A stretch of 32,000 nt of DNA, taken from contig NZ_CP072943.1 in the NCBI RefSeq assembly GCF_018069705.1, positions 1,581,453-1,613,452 of the forward strand, in the 5' to 3' direction. This document shows positions 19,848 to 27,937 of this stretch, one piece after another. Source of the stretch: Aminithiophilus ramosus. Its GTDB lineage: Bacteria; Synergistota; Synergistia; Synergistales; Aminithiophilaceae. Below the pieces are notes generated by a model that saw only the letters and a program-made list of their open reading frames with translations, made no database searches and was not told the DNA's origin. Every line of letters starts with the position of its first letter. Position 1 is the stretch's first letter. The position numbers and the translations under genes were made by a program.

Positions 19848-20935
19848 GGCATCGCCTCCAGCCAGAGATCTCCGTCGACCTGCCTTATTGTAGCAGCCCT
19901 GAGCGCGATGGCCTCCCCCATATGGCGGAGTCTCAGATTGCCCGTGAAGGGAATGCCCCGTCCCAGGAATTTGGGCGCCAGGAAGAGAGACACTTCGTCG
20001 ACGAGCCGCTCTTCGATGAAAGATTGAATCACGGAGGCCCCTCCCTCGACGAGCAGGCGCAGAACGCCGCGACGGACAAGCAGGCTAAGAAGCTCGTCGA
20101 GGCGGAAACGCCCCTCCGGGGCATCGAGGAGAACGACCTCGGCCCCGGCCTTTCGAAGGGTCTCGGCCCGCTTCGGATCGCTCTCGGCGGTTCCGACGAC
20201 GAGGCAACGGCCGTCTCCGATGACCTTGGCGCAAGCGGGAGTCCGCAACCGACTGTCGAGAACGACGCGCAGAGGCGATTGTCCGGAGACGAGACGAACG
20301 GTCAGTTCCGGGTCGTCCTTGAGGACCGTACCGATGCCGACGAGAATGGCGTCGTTCTCCCCGCGAAGAAGGTGGGCCTTGCTTCGAGAAAGGGCGCCAC
20401 TGATCCAGCGACTCTCTCCGTCACCCAGGGCAATGGCGCCATCGAGGCTCAAAGCGGCCTTGACCGTCACCCAGGGACGCCCACCCGTAAGGGCTTTGAC
20501 GAACCCCCTGTTGACGTGGAGGCATTCCTCTTCGAGAACGCCGAGCACCACGTCGATTCCGGCCTTCCGGAGAATTTCGATTCCCCCTCCGTCGACACAG
20601 GGATTGGGATCTCTCATTCCGACGACGACGCGGCCCACGCCGGCCTCGACGAGACGGGGCGCGCAGGGTGGCGTTTTGCCGAAATGGCAGCAGGGCTCCA
20701 GGTTGACGACGGCCGTCGCCCCCCGCGCCCGCTCTCCGGCCCGCTCCAGGGCCTTGACCTCGGCGTGCGGTCCACCGAAGCGGCGATGATAGCCCCAGCC
20801 AAGAACGCGCTCTTCTTTTTCGTCGAAGATCACGCAACCGACGCGTGGATTGGGACTCGTCCATCCCGTGCCTCTCTCGGCCAGGCTGAGAGCCATCCTC
20901 ATGTAATGCGTGTAGAGCTCCATCTGACGGGTCAC
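19832..20935 (-). CDS. ribD: Bifunctional riboflavin biosynthesis deaminase/reductase RibD
   Basis: CMP/dCMP deaminase motifs (HAEVKAL, PCCHFGKTPPC) plus the C-terminal reductase domain. GTG start with GGGAGG 7 nt upstream, forming a GTGA overlap with the uvrC stop. Confidence 0.9.
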   Translation of the reverse strand: MTRQMELYTHYMRMALSLAERGTGWTSPNPRVGCVIFDEKEERVLGWGYHRRFGGPHAEVKALERAGERARGATAVVNLEPCCHFGKTPPCAPRLVEAGVGRVVVGMRDPNPCVDGGGIEILRKAGIDVVLGVLEEECLHVNRGFVKALTGGRPWVTVKAALSLDGAIALGDGESRWISGALSRSKAHLLRGENDAILVGIGTVLKDDPELTVRLVSGQSPLRVVLDSRLRTPACAKVIGDGRCLVVGTAESDPKRAETLRKAGAEVVLLDAPEGRFRLDELLSLLVRRGVLRLLVEGGASVIQSFIEERLVDEVSLFLAPKFLGRGIPFTGNLRLRHMGEAIALRAATIRQVDGDLWLEAMPCLPA

Positions 20936-22386
20936 ACCTTTTCCTCCCTCAATGTCTCAACAATTCTGCGGGCCGTCTCCGGGCCGATGCCCGTCAGGAG
21001 CGTCAATTCGTCAGGCTCCAGCGAAGCGATCTTCTGAACGCTCCCGAAATGGATCAGGAGCAGGGCCGCCCGTTTTTTCCCCACCCCCGGTACATCCTCC
21101 AGAACGGAGCGGCGGAGCCGACTGTCACGACCTCGACGGTGGCTGGCGACGGCGAAGCGATGAGACTCATCGCGGACTCTCTGCAAAAGCTGAAGGGCAG
21201 GATCGCTGAGAGGCAGCTCAAGAGGCTCTTTCCGCCCCGGCAGGAAGAGCTGTTCTTCCCTTTTGGCCAAAGAGACGATAGGCAATTCCTCCAGCCCCAA
21301 AGCAGCCAGAGCTCCCGCGGCGAACTCGAGCTGCAGGGGACCTCCGTCGATGAGGACAAGCTGGGGGAGAGGTTCCTCCCCCTCGAGGCATCGGCGATAG
21401 CGACGGCCGACGACCTCCTCGAGGGCTCGGAAATCATCGACGCCTTCCACCGATTTTACGGCAAAACGGCGATAGAGGGAGGGATTGGGCAATCCCTGTT
21501 CGAAAACGACGGCGACGCCGTACATTTCTTTGCCGGAGAAGTGGGAGATGTCGAAACCGTCGATGCGCCAGGGGATCGTCGGCAGACCCAGCAGTTCCTG
21601 AAGGCGGAGGAGAAGGGTCCACGTCTCCCGGTCCAGATCGTGACTCAGCGTCGACGAAAGCCGCTGACGGGACAGACGCCAAAGGGAGCGGATCGTATCT
21701 CTCAGTCGTGCCGCCTCCTCGAAGGCCAGTCCCGAGGCGGCGCGATCCATGCGGAGCCGAAGGCGCTCGACGAGATCGGCGGCGTTGCCCTGAAGGAGAA
21801 GGAGGACATCGGCCACGCGTTCGCCGTACTCGGCCTCACTCGTCAGGCCCGCGCAGGCTCCGCCGCAGCGGCCCAGGGCGTGCCGGACGCAGGGACGTTC
21901 CTGACGAGGTCCGGAGAGATCGGTCTTGCAGGTTCTCAGGGGAAAATGACGTTCGATCAGTCGCAGAAGGCGGCGCAAATCGCCGACTCGCGTAAAGGGA
22001 CCTACGTAGCGCCCTCCATCGTCGCTTCTGTGGCGGGTGATTTCGAGGCGGGGAAACGGCTCGTCGGTGATCTTGAGGAAGGGATACCGTTCGCCCATTT
22101 TGAGTTCGACGTTGAAAAAAGGCTGATACTTCTTGATCAGTCTCGACTCGACGATAAGCGCCTCCGCCTCGCTCTCGGTACGGATATAGGAGAGATCTCG
22201 GGCCGATTCGACGAGCTTGCGTAGGCGAGGCGAGGCGAACCCCTCGTGACGGAAATAAGAGGCGACCCGCTTGCGCAACGATTTGGCCTTGCCCACATAG
22301 AGAACCGTGCCCTCTCCGTCGTGAAAAAGGTAGACGCCGGGGCGAAGGGGCAGTTTTCTCACTTTCTCTTGCAGCGGGTGCGTCAA
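20932..22386 (-). CDS. uvrC: Excinuclease ABC subunit C (compact, 484 aa)
   Basis: GIY-YIG domain (PGVYLFHD...LYVGKAKSLRKRV), a Cys cluster, a UVR domain (AFEEAARLRDTI), the RNase H-like endonuclease domain (IDGFDISH) and a C-terminal (HhH)2. TTG start. Confidence 0.85.
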   Translation of the reverse strand: MTHPLQEKVRKLPLRPGVYLFHDGEGTVLYVGKAKSLRKRVASYFRHEGFASPRLRKLVESARDLSYIRTESEAEALIVESRLIKKYQPFFNVELKMGERYPFLKITDEPFPRLEITRHRSDDGGRYVGPFTRVGDLRRLLRLIERHFPLRTCKTDLSGPRQERPCVRHALGRCGGACAGLTSEAEYGERVADVLLLLQGNAADLVERLRLRMDRAASGLAFEEAARLRDTIRSLWRLSRQRLSSTLSHDLDRETWTLLLRLQELLGLPTIPWRIDGFDISHFSGKEMYGVAVVFEQGLPNPSLYRRFAVKSVEGVDDFRALEEVVGRRYRRCLEGEEPLPQLVLIDGGPLQLEFAAGALAALGLEELPIVSLAKREEQLFLPGRKEPLELPLSDPALQLLQRVRDESHRFAVASHRRGRDSRLRRSVLEDVPGVGKKRAALLLIHFGSVQKIASLEPDELTLLTGIGPETARRIVETLREEKV

Positions 22387-22545
22387 CGTCGATCACCTTT
22401 CCCGGAAATCGGCCCATTTCCAACGGGCCTCCGATGCTATAGGATATCATAGCCTGTGATTATCCTCGTTCTTCCCCACGACGCAGAGCAAGACGGGCGA
22501 CGGTCACACATCAGGTCTCATCCCAGGAAGGGGGAGCATCAATCC

Positions 22546-23955
22546 ATGGCGCTCAGCCTGTACAACGATCTGACGAGGCAGAAGGAACCCTTCGTCCCCA
22601 TCCGCCGGGGCGAGGTCACCTTTTATGTCTGTGGACCCACGGTCTACGACTATTTCCATATCGGCAACGCCCGGCCCTTCATCCTCTTCGACGTCCTCCG
22701 CCGCTACCTCGAGCAGAGCGGCTACCGCGTCATCTACGTCCAGAACTTCACCGACATCGACGACAAGATGATCAATCGAGCCAAAGATATGGGCCTTTCC
22801 GTCGACGAGCTGGCCGAGCGTTTCATCGCCGCCTATCGGGAAGACGCCGACGCCCTCGGCATCCGTCGTCCCACCTACAGCCCCAGAGCGACCCACCATA
22901 TCGACGACATTATCGCCCTTGTCCGAAGCCTCGTCGAGAAAGGGCATGCCTATGCCGTCGACGGAGACGTCTACTTCGACGTGGCCAGTTTCTCCGCCTA
23001 TGGGAAACTTTCCCAACAGAGCCTCGACGACCTTCAGGCGGGAGCCCGAGTCGACGTCGACGAACGGAAAAAACACCCTCTCGACTTCGCCCTCTGGAAG
23101 GCCGAAAAGCCGGGCGAACCCGCCTGGGAAAGTCCCTGGGGACGGGGGCGCCCCGGTTGGCACATCGAGTGCAGCGCCATGTCCACGGCCATGCTGGGCC
23201 CCACGATCGATATCCACGCCGGCGGCAGCGACCTCGTCTTTCCCCACCACGAGAACGAGATTGCCCAGGCCGAGGCCGCTACGGGCAAACCTTTTGTCCG
23301 TTATTGGATTCACAACGGATATCTCATGATCGATCAGGAAAAGATGTCCAAGTCCTTGGGCAACTTCCTCACGGCCCGGGCCGCCAGGGAGAAGTATCCG
23401 CCCCTGGCCATCCGCCTTTTCATGCTCGGTGCCCACTACCGCTCGCCCATCAGCTTCTCCGAAGAGGGCCTTCTGCAGGCCAAAAGCGCCGTCGAGCGAC
23501 TCAACAACTGCTCCCGCCGCCTCGACGAGGCACTGAGAGGGGCCACTTCGCCCGATCCCTCTCCCCTCGCCGCCGAGATATCCCAGTTCCGTGCGACTTT
23601 CATGGAACAAATGGACGACGATTTCAACACCGCCGGTGCCTTGGGCGCCCTTTTCGAGGCCGTCCGGGCCGTCAACAGTCACATTCAGGACCGAAAATTT
23701 CCCTCCCGAGAGGGACTTGAGGCTGCCCGCCGCTTTTTCGACGAAGCCGAGGCCGTTCTCGGCGTCGTCGATCCCGTCGACACCAGCGGAGACCCCGACA
23801 AAGAGCGCATCGAAGGCCTCATCGCCGAGCGCCGTCAGGCCCGGGAAAACCGCGACTTCGCCAGGGCCGACGCCATTCGCGACGGACTCGCGGAAGAAGG
23901 GATCGTCCTCGAAGACGGACCTCAAGGAACACGTTGGAAACGCCAGGACGGATAG
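22546..23955 (+). CDS. cysS: Cysteinyl-tRNA synthetase
   Basis: HIGNARP (HIGH) and KMSKSLGN motifs. Start placed at MALSLYNDL (ATG 22546, GGGGGAG upstream). The upstream 30 ORF codons are rejected. Confidence 0.95.
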   Translation: MALSLYNDLTRQKEPFVPIRRGEVTFYVCGPTVYDYFHIGNARPFILFDVLRRYLEQSGYRVIYVQNFTDIDDKMINRAKDMGLSVDELAERFIAAYREDADALGIRRPTYSPRATHHIDDIIALVRSLVEKGHAYAVDGDVYFDVASFSAYGKLSQQSLDDLQAGARVDVDERKKHPLDFALWKAEKPGEPAWESPWGRGRPGWHIECSAMSTAMLGPTIDIHAGGSDLVFPHHENEIAQAEAATGKPFVRYWIHNGYLMIDQEKMSKSLGNFLTARAAREKYPPLAIRLFMLGAHYRSPISFSEEGLLQAKSAVERLNNCSRRLDEALRGATSPDPSPLAAEISQFRATFMEQMDDDFNTAGALGALFEAVRAVNSHIQDRKFPSREGLEAARRFFDEAEAVLGVVDPVDTSGDPDKERIEGLIAERRQARENRDFARADAIRDGLAEEGIVLEDGPQGTRWKRQDG

Positions 23956-24011
23956 CAGGATAGAAAGAGGGGGTCCCTCGACGAGGGACCCCCTCTTTCT
24001 ATCCTGCTATC
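23951..24011. terminator. 61-nt perfect palindrome (30-nt arms) at the convergent cysS / hypothetical junction; probable U-less bidirectional terminator or 3' stabiliser
   Basis: GATAGCAGGATAGAAAGAGGGGGTCCCTCG-a-CGAGGGACCCCCTCTTTCTATCCTGCTATC, verified base by base. It includes the cysS TAG stop and overlaps the TGA of the opposite gene. Confidence 0.6.
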
Positions 24012-24423
24012 AAAACTTCCCCAACTGTTTTTCGAGATGCTCCGTCAAAGCGGCCTCGATCTCTCCCTGATAGAGCGAAAGCCGCATGCGCCCCAACTCG
24101 CCGTCGCCTCCACCCAGAGAAAAGAGGATATCGGAGAAGATGGAGACGAACTCTTCATTCAGAAGCGAACCTCGAGTCGATCGAGAGAAAAAGGGGCGGC
24201 TGTGCTTCTGAAGACAGCTTCGGAAATGACGGTCTCCGACGACGCAGATATTCATCTCCACCGACTGGAGACATTGTCTGAAGGGGCGCAGAATCTCGCG
24301 GGAACCTCGCCTGTCTTCTTCGTCGGGCTCTTTCTCCTCGCGACGCAGAAGGCAATCCCCCAGGAGGACGCGGACCATCGCCTCCAGCCTGGAGGCGATG
24401 GCGGTCAGTTCGGTGATCATCAC
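24010..24423 (-). CDS. Hypothetical protein, 137 aa
   Basis: ATGA overlap with the pepA stop and GC-rich third codon positions consistent with coding. I recognise no family. Confidence 0.55.
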   Translation of the reverse strand: MMITELTAIASRLEAMVRVLLGDCLLRREEKEPDEEDRRGSREILRPFRQCLQSVEMNICVVGDRHFRSCLQKHSRPFFSRSTRGSLLNEEFVSIFSDILFSLGGGDGELGRMRLSLYQGEIEAALTEHLEKQLGKF

Positions 24424-25883
24424 ACTTCCGGTTCCAGACTCGTAAGAAAATCGAGAAGCGTCCGGGCGCCGAACCCCGTGGCCCCTTTGGAGTAATAACC
24501 GAAAGGCTCCTTATAGGTATCGACGCCGGCTATATCGAGATGAGCCCAGCGAATGCCTTCGTCGACGAAAGCCTCGAGGAACATGGCGGCCGTCAGCGCT
24601 CCTCCTTCACGGCCTCCCGAATTGACCAGGTCGGCCACAGGCGACTCGAGCTTTTTGCGCAGACGTTCATCGTCCATGGGCAATCGCCAGAAGCGCTCCC
24701 CCGAGCGGCGCGAAGCGCCGAGAAGCTCTTCGGCCAGAGAGTCGTCGTTGGAGAGAAGTCCCGCCGTGTAAGGGCCGAGAGCGATGGCACAGGCTCCCGT
24801 AAGGGTGGCGATGTCGACGACGATCGACGGCTTGAGCTCACAGGCGAAGGCCAGAACGTCGGCCAGAGTGAGGCGCCCTTCGGCGTCGGTGTTGTCGATC
24901 TCGACGGTCTTTCCCTTGCGGCCACGGACGATGTCGTCGGGACGGTAAGAGTAGCTGTCGACGGCATTCTCGGCGGCGCCGATGAGGCCGTGCACCTCTA
25001 CGGGAGGGCGGAGGCGGGCCAGGCTCCGGAAAACGCCGAGAACGACGGAGGCCCCCGTCTTGTCGCCCTTCATGGTCCTCATATGTTCTCCCGGCTTGAG
25101 GTTGAGGCCGCCCGTATCGAAGGTGATGCCCTTCCCGACGAGAGCCACCTTGCCCAAAGCCTCCCCCTCGGGGCGATAGACGAGATGGATCAGCCGAGGA
25201 GGCGTCTTGGAACCGCCGCCCACGGCCAGAAGAAGGCCCATATTCATCTCGGCCAGCTCTTTCTCGTCGTAGATGCGGCACTCGAAGCCGCCCTGGTCGG
25301 CCACCTCCCTGGCCCTGTCGGCCAGAGTCAGGGGATTGATGACGTTGCCGGGCTCGTTGGCAAGGTCGCGGGCAAACATCTGGCTGCAGGCCATGAGAGA
25401 ACCTTTTTCAATGGCCTCTTCGTCTCCGCCCGATATGTAGACGGTTTCGACGGAACCCCGTTCCTCATCGGGAACCTCGCGATAGCGATCGAAACGGTAG
25501 CCGCCCAGATGGGCTCCCTCGGCCAGAGCCAGGGAAAGAGGTCCATCGACGTCATGTCCCGTCCAGATCTGGAGATCGGAGGCCCCGGCAGCCGAGGCGG
25601 CCTTGACGAGGAGAGCCGCCCCCTCGCGGAAGACATCGTTGTTTCCCTTCTTCTCCGAGCCGAGGCCGACGACGAAAACTCTCGAAGGGCTGCCGCCGGG
25701 GCAGGCCCGGAAAAGACAGGCCCCCTTCTTGAACGTGAAGCGCTCCAGCTCGACTTGGCCGACAAGGCCCGGGCAGAGAGAGGCAAACGAGTCGAGAAGC
25801 TCCTTCTCCTCCTCGAAGAGGAGGAGCCCCAGAGCAGAGGACTTGAGGCGTTGCTCTTCCTTCAATGCAGCGAGAACTTTCAT
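24420..25883 (-). CDS. pepA: Leucyl aminopeptidase (M17)
   Basis: 487 aa with the NTDAEGRLTLAD signature and VGKGITFDTGG. Confidence 0.95.
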   Translation of the reverse strand: MKVLAALKEEQRLKSSALGLLLFEEEKELLDSFASLCPGLVGQVELERFTFKKGACLFRACPGGSPSRVFVVGLGSEKKGNNDVFREGAALLVKAASAAGASDLQIWTGHDVDGPLSLALAEGAHLGGYRFDRYREVPDEERGSVETVYISGGDEEAIEKGSLMACSQMFARDLANEPGNVINPLTLADRAREVADQGGFECRIYDEKELAEMNMGLLLAVGGGSKTPPRLIHLVYRPEGEALGKVALVGKGITFDTGGLNLKPGEHMRTMKGDKTGASVVLGVFRSLARLRPPVEVHGLIGAAENAVDSYSYRPDDIVRGRKGKTVEIDNTDAEGRLTLADVLAFACELKPSIVVDIATLTGACAIALGPYTAGLLSNDDSLAEELLGASRRSGERFWRLPMDDERLRKKLESPVADLVNSGGREGGALTAAMFLEAFVDEGIRWAHLDIAGVDTYKEPFGYYSKGATGFGARTLLDFLTSLEPEV

Positions 25884-25958
25884 GGTCCTTACACCTCCGA
25901 AATGAGAACCTCTTCGAGCGCCATCCTAGGCCGAAGAGAGCCGGGGGCAACGGCCAAT

Positions 25959-27683
25959 CTATCGGCTCATGGCCTTCGCCCGCCTGAGAACATCGTAGCG
26001 ACCGTCATCGGCCTCGACGAAACCGTCGATGGAGAGTTTTTTCATGGCCTCACCGTAAGCACCGGCTCCGGGCGTCATCTGCAGAAAGACGTCGCCCACG
26101 CGCCGCGCCTGAGAAACATCCATGGAGGCGGGAACGGCGAGGGCATCTTTGGGAATTTCGTCGGTGCGGGCCACGATGTCGAGGCGGCCCAGGTCCATCG
26201 ATCGGGCCGCTCCATCCCAGGCATCGGTATAGGTGGCCCCGCCGTCGACACTCCCCTCCCAGACGGCGCCGATGACGCGGTCGTGACTCCCGAGAAAGAG
26301 AACTTCGCCGAAGAAGCGGTCGGGATCGTACCCCTTCTCTTTGAGCATCAGCCGAGGATAGAGGTACCCCGATCCGCTCTTGGGATCGACGAAGGCGAAA
26401 CGTTTGCCCCTCAGCTGGCCCAGCTCCCGCAGACCGCTTCCCTTGCTCGTGATGATGAGTCCCTGATAGGAGGGACGTCCCTTGACGCGGGGAATGGCCA
26501 GGGGACGCAGGGGATATTTCTCGGCGGCATCGACGTAGGCGAGAGGGCTGAACCAGCCCAGATCGACAATACCCTGGGCCAGCATTTTCCCCAGGCTCTC
26601 GTAATCGGGAGAGACGAAAAGGCGCATCCTCCGGCCCAGGCGCCGAGCCGCCTCTTCGAGGAGAGGGCCGTAGTCGTCGCGGATCTTCTGCGGATCGGCA
26701 AAGGGCGTCAGCCCCACCCAGAACTCCTCCGCCGGGCGTCGAGCCGCCACCCCGCTCTGCAAAGCGAAAAGATCGTCCGTCACCTTCCTCACGGAAGAGG
26801 AGAACTCCCGAGCCATGGCCGTCTCGGCCTCGAGACTGCTGCCCAGAGTCTCCACGACGGAGAGGACCGATTGGGTCCCTTCCTGGAGGGTCTCGGCCTC
26901 ATGGGCAAGCCCCTCCATGGAAGAACGTCCTTTGTCGAGAACGCCGATGAGACGGGAAAAGGATTCGCTGAAGCGCAAAACGCCGTCGCCGGCCCGCCGG
27001 GCGCGTCCCAAGGCCTCCTGAGTCTCCTCCCGTCCCGAGGAAAGAGAGCGCTCCGTCTCGCCGAGGCCTTCGACGACGGAACGAATGCGCTCCCCCATCG
27101 TCTGAAGAGCTCCGGAGATGGAACGGGCCGTCTCCTGCGTCGACTGGGCCAACTTGCCCACCTCCTGGGCCACGACGTTGAAACCCCGACCGGCCTCTCC
27201 GGCCCGAGCGGCCTCGATGGCGGCGTTGAGAGCCAGAAGCTGCGTCTGCTTGGCGATGCGATCGATACGGTCCAGGAAGGCCTTCACCTCGGCCGTCGAA
27301 TCGAGAAGGCCACCCGTCATGCGGGCCTGTGTCTCGGAAAGAACGGCCAGCCCCCGAAGCGTCGTCTCCAGCTTCTCCATGGCCTGCACGGTATCGAGAA
27401 CATCCTGCCGCGCCTCGGCTTCGGCGGCTTCCGACGTCGTTTTGATTGCGCCCATTTCGACGAAGGCCTCGGAAAGGACGGAAAAGCCCTCGATGATTTT
27501 CGAGACACCCCGCGCGTAGCGATCGAGGCCGGAGCGGGTCGATTCGGCGCTGGAGCGGAGCTCCTCCGCGGCTTTTCCCTGACGCCGCCCGATCCAGAAC
27601 ATCTGCTGGAATCTCTGCGAAAGAGACTCGACGGAACCGAGGACGGCGTCATCTGAAGAGAAGGCCTTCTTCTCCACGTTCAT
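25959..27683 (-). CDS. Soluble methyl-accepting chemotaxis protein with a C-terminal PhnD-like periplasmic-binding-protein-fold domain
   Basis: 574 aa with no hydrophobic segment. The MCP signalling hairpin tip ([35 protein letters not shown]) lies at about residues 145-190. The C-terminal ~250 aa look like a phosphonate/phosphite-type PBP ([45 protein letters not shown]). Confidence 0.85.
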   Translation of the reverse strand: MNVEKKAFSSDDAVLGSVESLSQRFQQMFWIGRRQGKAAEELRSSAESTRSGLDRYARGVSKIIEGFSVLSEAFVEMGAIKTTSEAAEAEARQDVLDTVQAMEKLETTLRGLAVLSETQARMTGGLLDSTAEVKAFLDRIDRIAKQTQLLALNAAIEAARAGEAGRGFNVVAQEVGKLAQSTQETARSISGALQTMGERIRSVVEGLGETERSLSSGREETQEALGRARRAGDGVLRFSESFSRLIGVLDKGRSSMEGLAHEAETLQEGTQSVLSVVETLGSSLEAETAMAREFSSSVRKVTDDLFALQSGVAARRPAEEFWVGLTPFADPQKIRDDYGPLLEEAARRLGRRMRLFVSPDYESLGKMLAQGIVDLGWFSPLAYVDAAEKYPLRPLAIPRVKGRPSYQGLIITSKGSGLRELGQLRGKRFAFVDPKSGSGYLYPRLMLKEKGYDPDRFFGEVLFLGSHDRVIGAVWEGSVDGGATYTDAWDGAARSMDLGRLDIVARTDEIPKDALAVPASMDVSQARRVGDVFLQMTPGAGAYGEAMKKLSIDGFVEADDGRYDVLRRAKAMSR

Positions 27684-27730
27684 GGACCAACAGCTCCTTC
27701 CTGCACGCCAAACGGGATGATCTTCTCACC

Positions 27731-27758
27731 ATTATACTATTGAATGGAAATTTTACAA
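27731..27758 (-). promoter_or_regulatory. Possible promoter of the MCP gene
   Basis: Minus strand has TTGTAA, a 16-nt spacer and TATAAT, inside an AT-rich patch about 48 nt upstream of the ATG. Confidence 0.35.
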
Positions 27759-27791
27759 TGTCAAAATTTATTAAAAATTCATAGAAGCAGG

Positions 27792-27819
27792 AGAGGATCG
27801 TCCCCGGGGACGATCCTCT
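27792..27819. repeat. 28-bp perfect palindrome between the divergent MCP and pilin promoters
   Basis: AGAGGATCGTCCCC|GGGGACGATCCTCT with 14-bp arms and no spacer. It abuts the putative pilin -35. Confidence 0.8.
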
Positions 27820-27848
27820 TTGGGAATTTCTCGATATTGTGTTAGATT
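27820..27848 (+). promoter_or_regulatory. Possible extended -10 promoter of the pilin gene
   Basis: TTGGGA (27820-27825), a 17-nt spacer containing TG at 27840-27841, then TAGATT (27843-27848). Confidence 0.4.
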
Positions 27849-27937
27849 TCATGAGATTGAAGGACGGCGTTTCGCAAAGCGTGAACGCACTCTCACTTGC
27901 CCCACAGGGCCGCCTTCGAGCGGGAAAGGAGCTCATC

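Noticed and set aside
22387-22545. T-box or other leader upstream of cysS; imperfect palindrome GCTATAGGATATCATAGC (22435-22452)
   Set aside because: The spacer is too short (~160 nt, shared with the uvrC promoter side) for a T-box, and no specifier or T-box sequence is visible. The palindrome has only 5-bp arms and may simply overlap a -10-like TATAGG.
22504-23925. 473-aa minus-strand ORF
   Set aside because: It is antisense to cysS, which carries HIGH and KMSKS motifs. The same reasoning applies to 30396..31793 (antisense to HAD-Nudix), 16487..18097, 11484..12623, 8716..9822, 18000..19175, 18305..19261, 19922..21037, 21049..22224, 28576..29910, 12577..13614, 1815..2975 and 14180..15028.
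24010-24423. Calling the 137-aa gene holC (DNA polymerase III chi) because it follows pepA as in E. coli
   Set aside because: I could not see any sequence resemblance to chi, and positional analogy alone is insufficient. It is left as hypothetical.
25909-25940. Possible terminator after the MCP gene (7-bp stem CTCTTCG/CGAAGAG, 15-nt loop)
   Set aside because: The stem is short, the loop is large and the T tract is poor. This is too weak to call.
24540-27656. 1038-aa plus-strand ORF, the longest in the window
   Set aside because: It runs antisense across both pepA and the MCP gene and straight through their intergenic spacer. It has no recognisable domains and a G/R/A/L/E-rich composition, so it is a GC-driven absence of stop codons.
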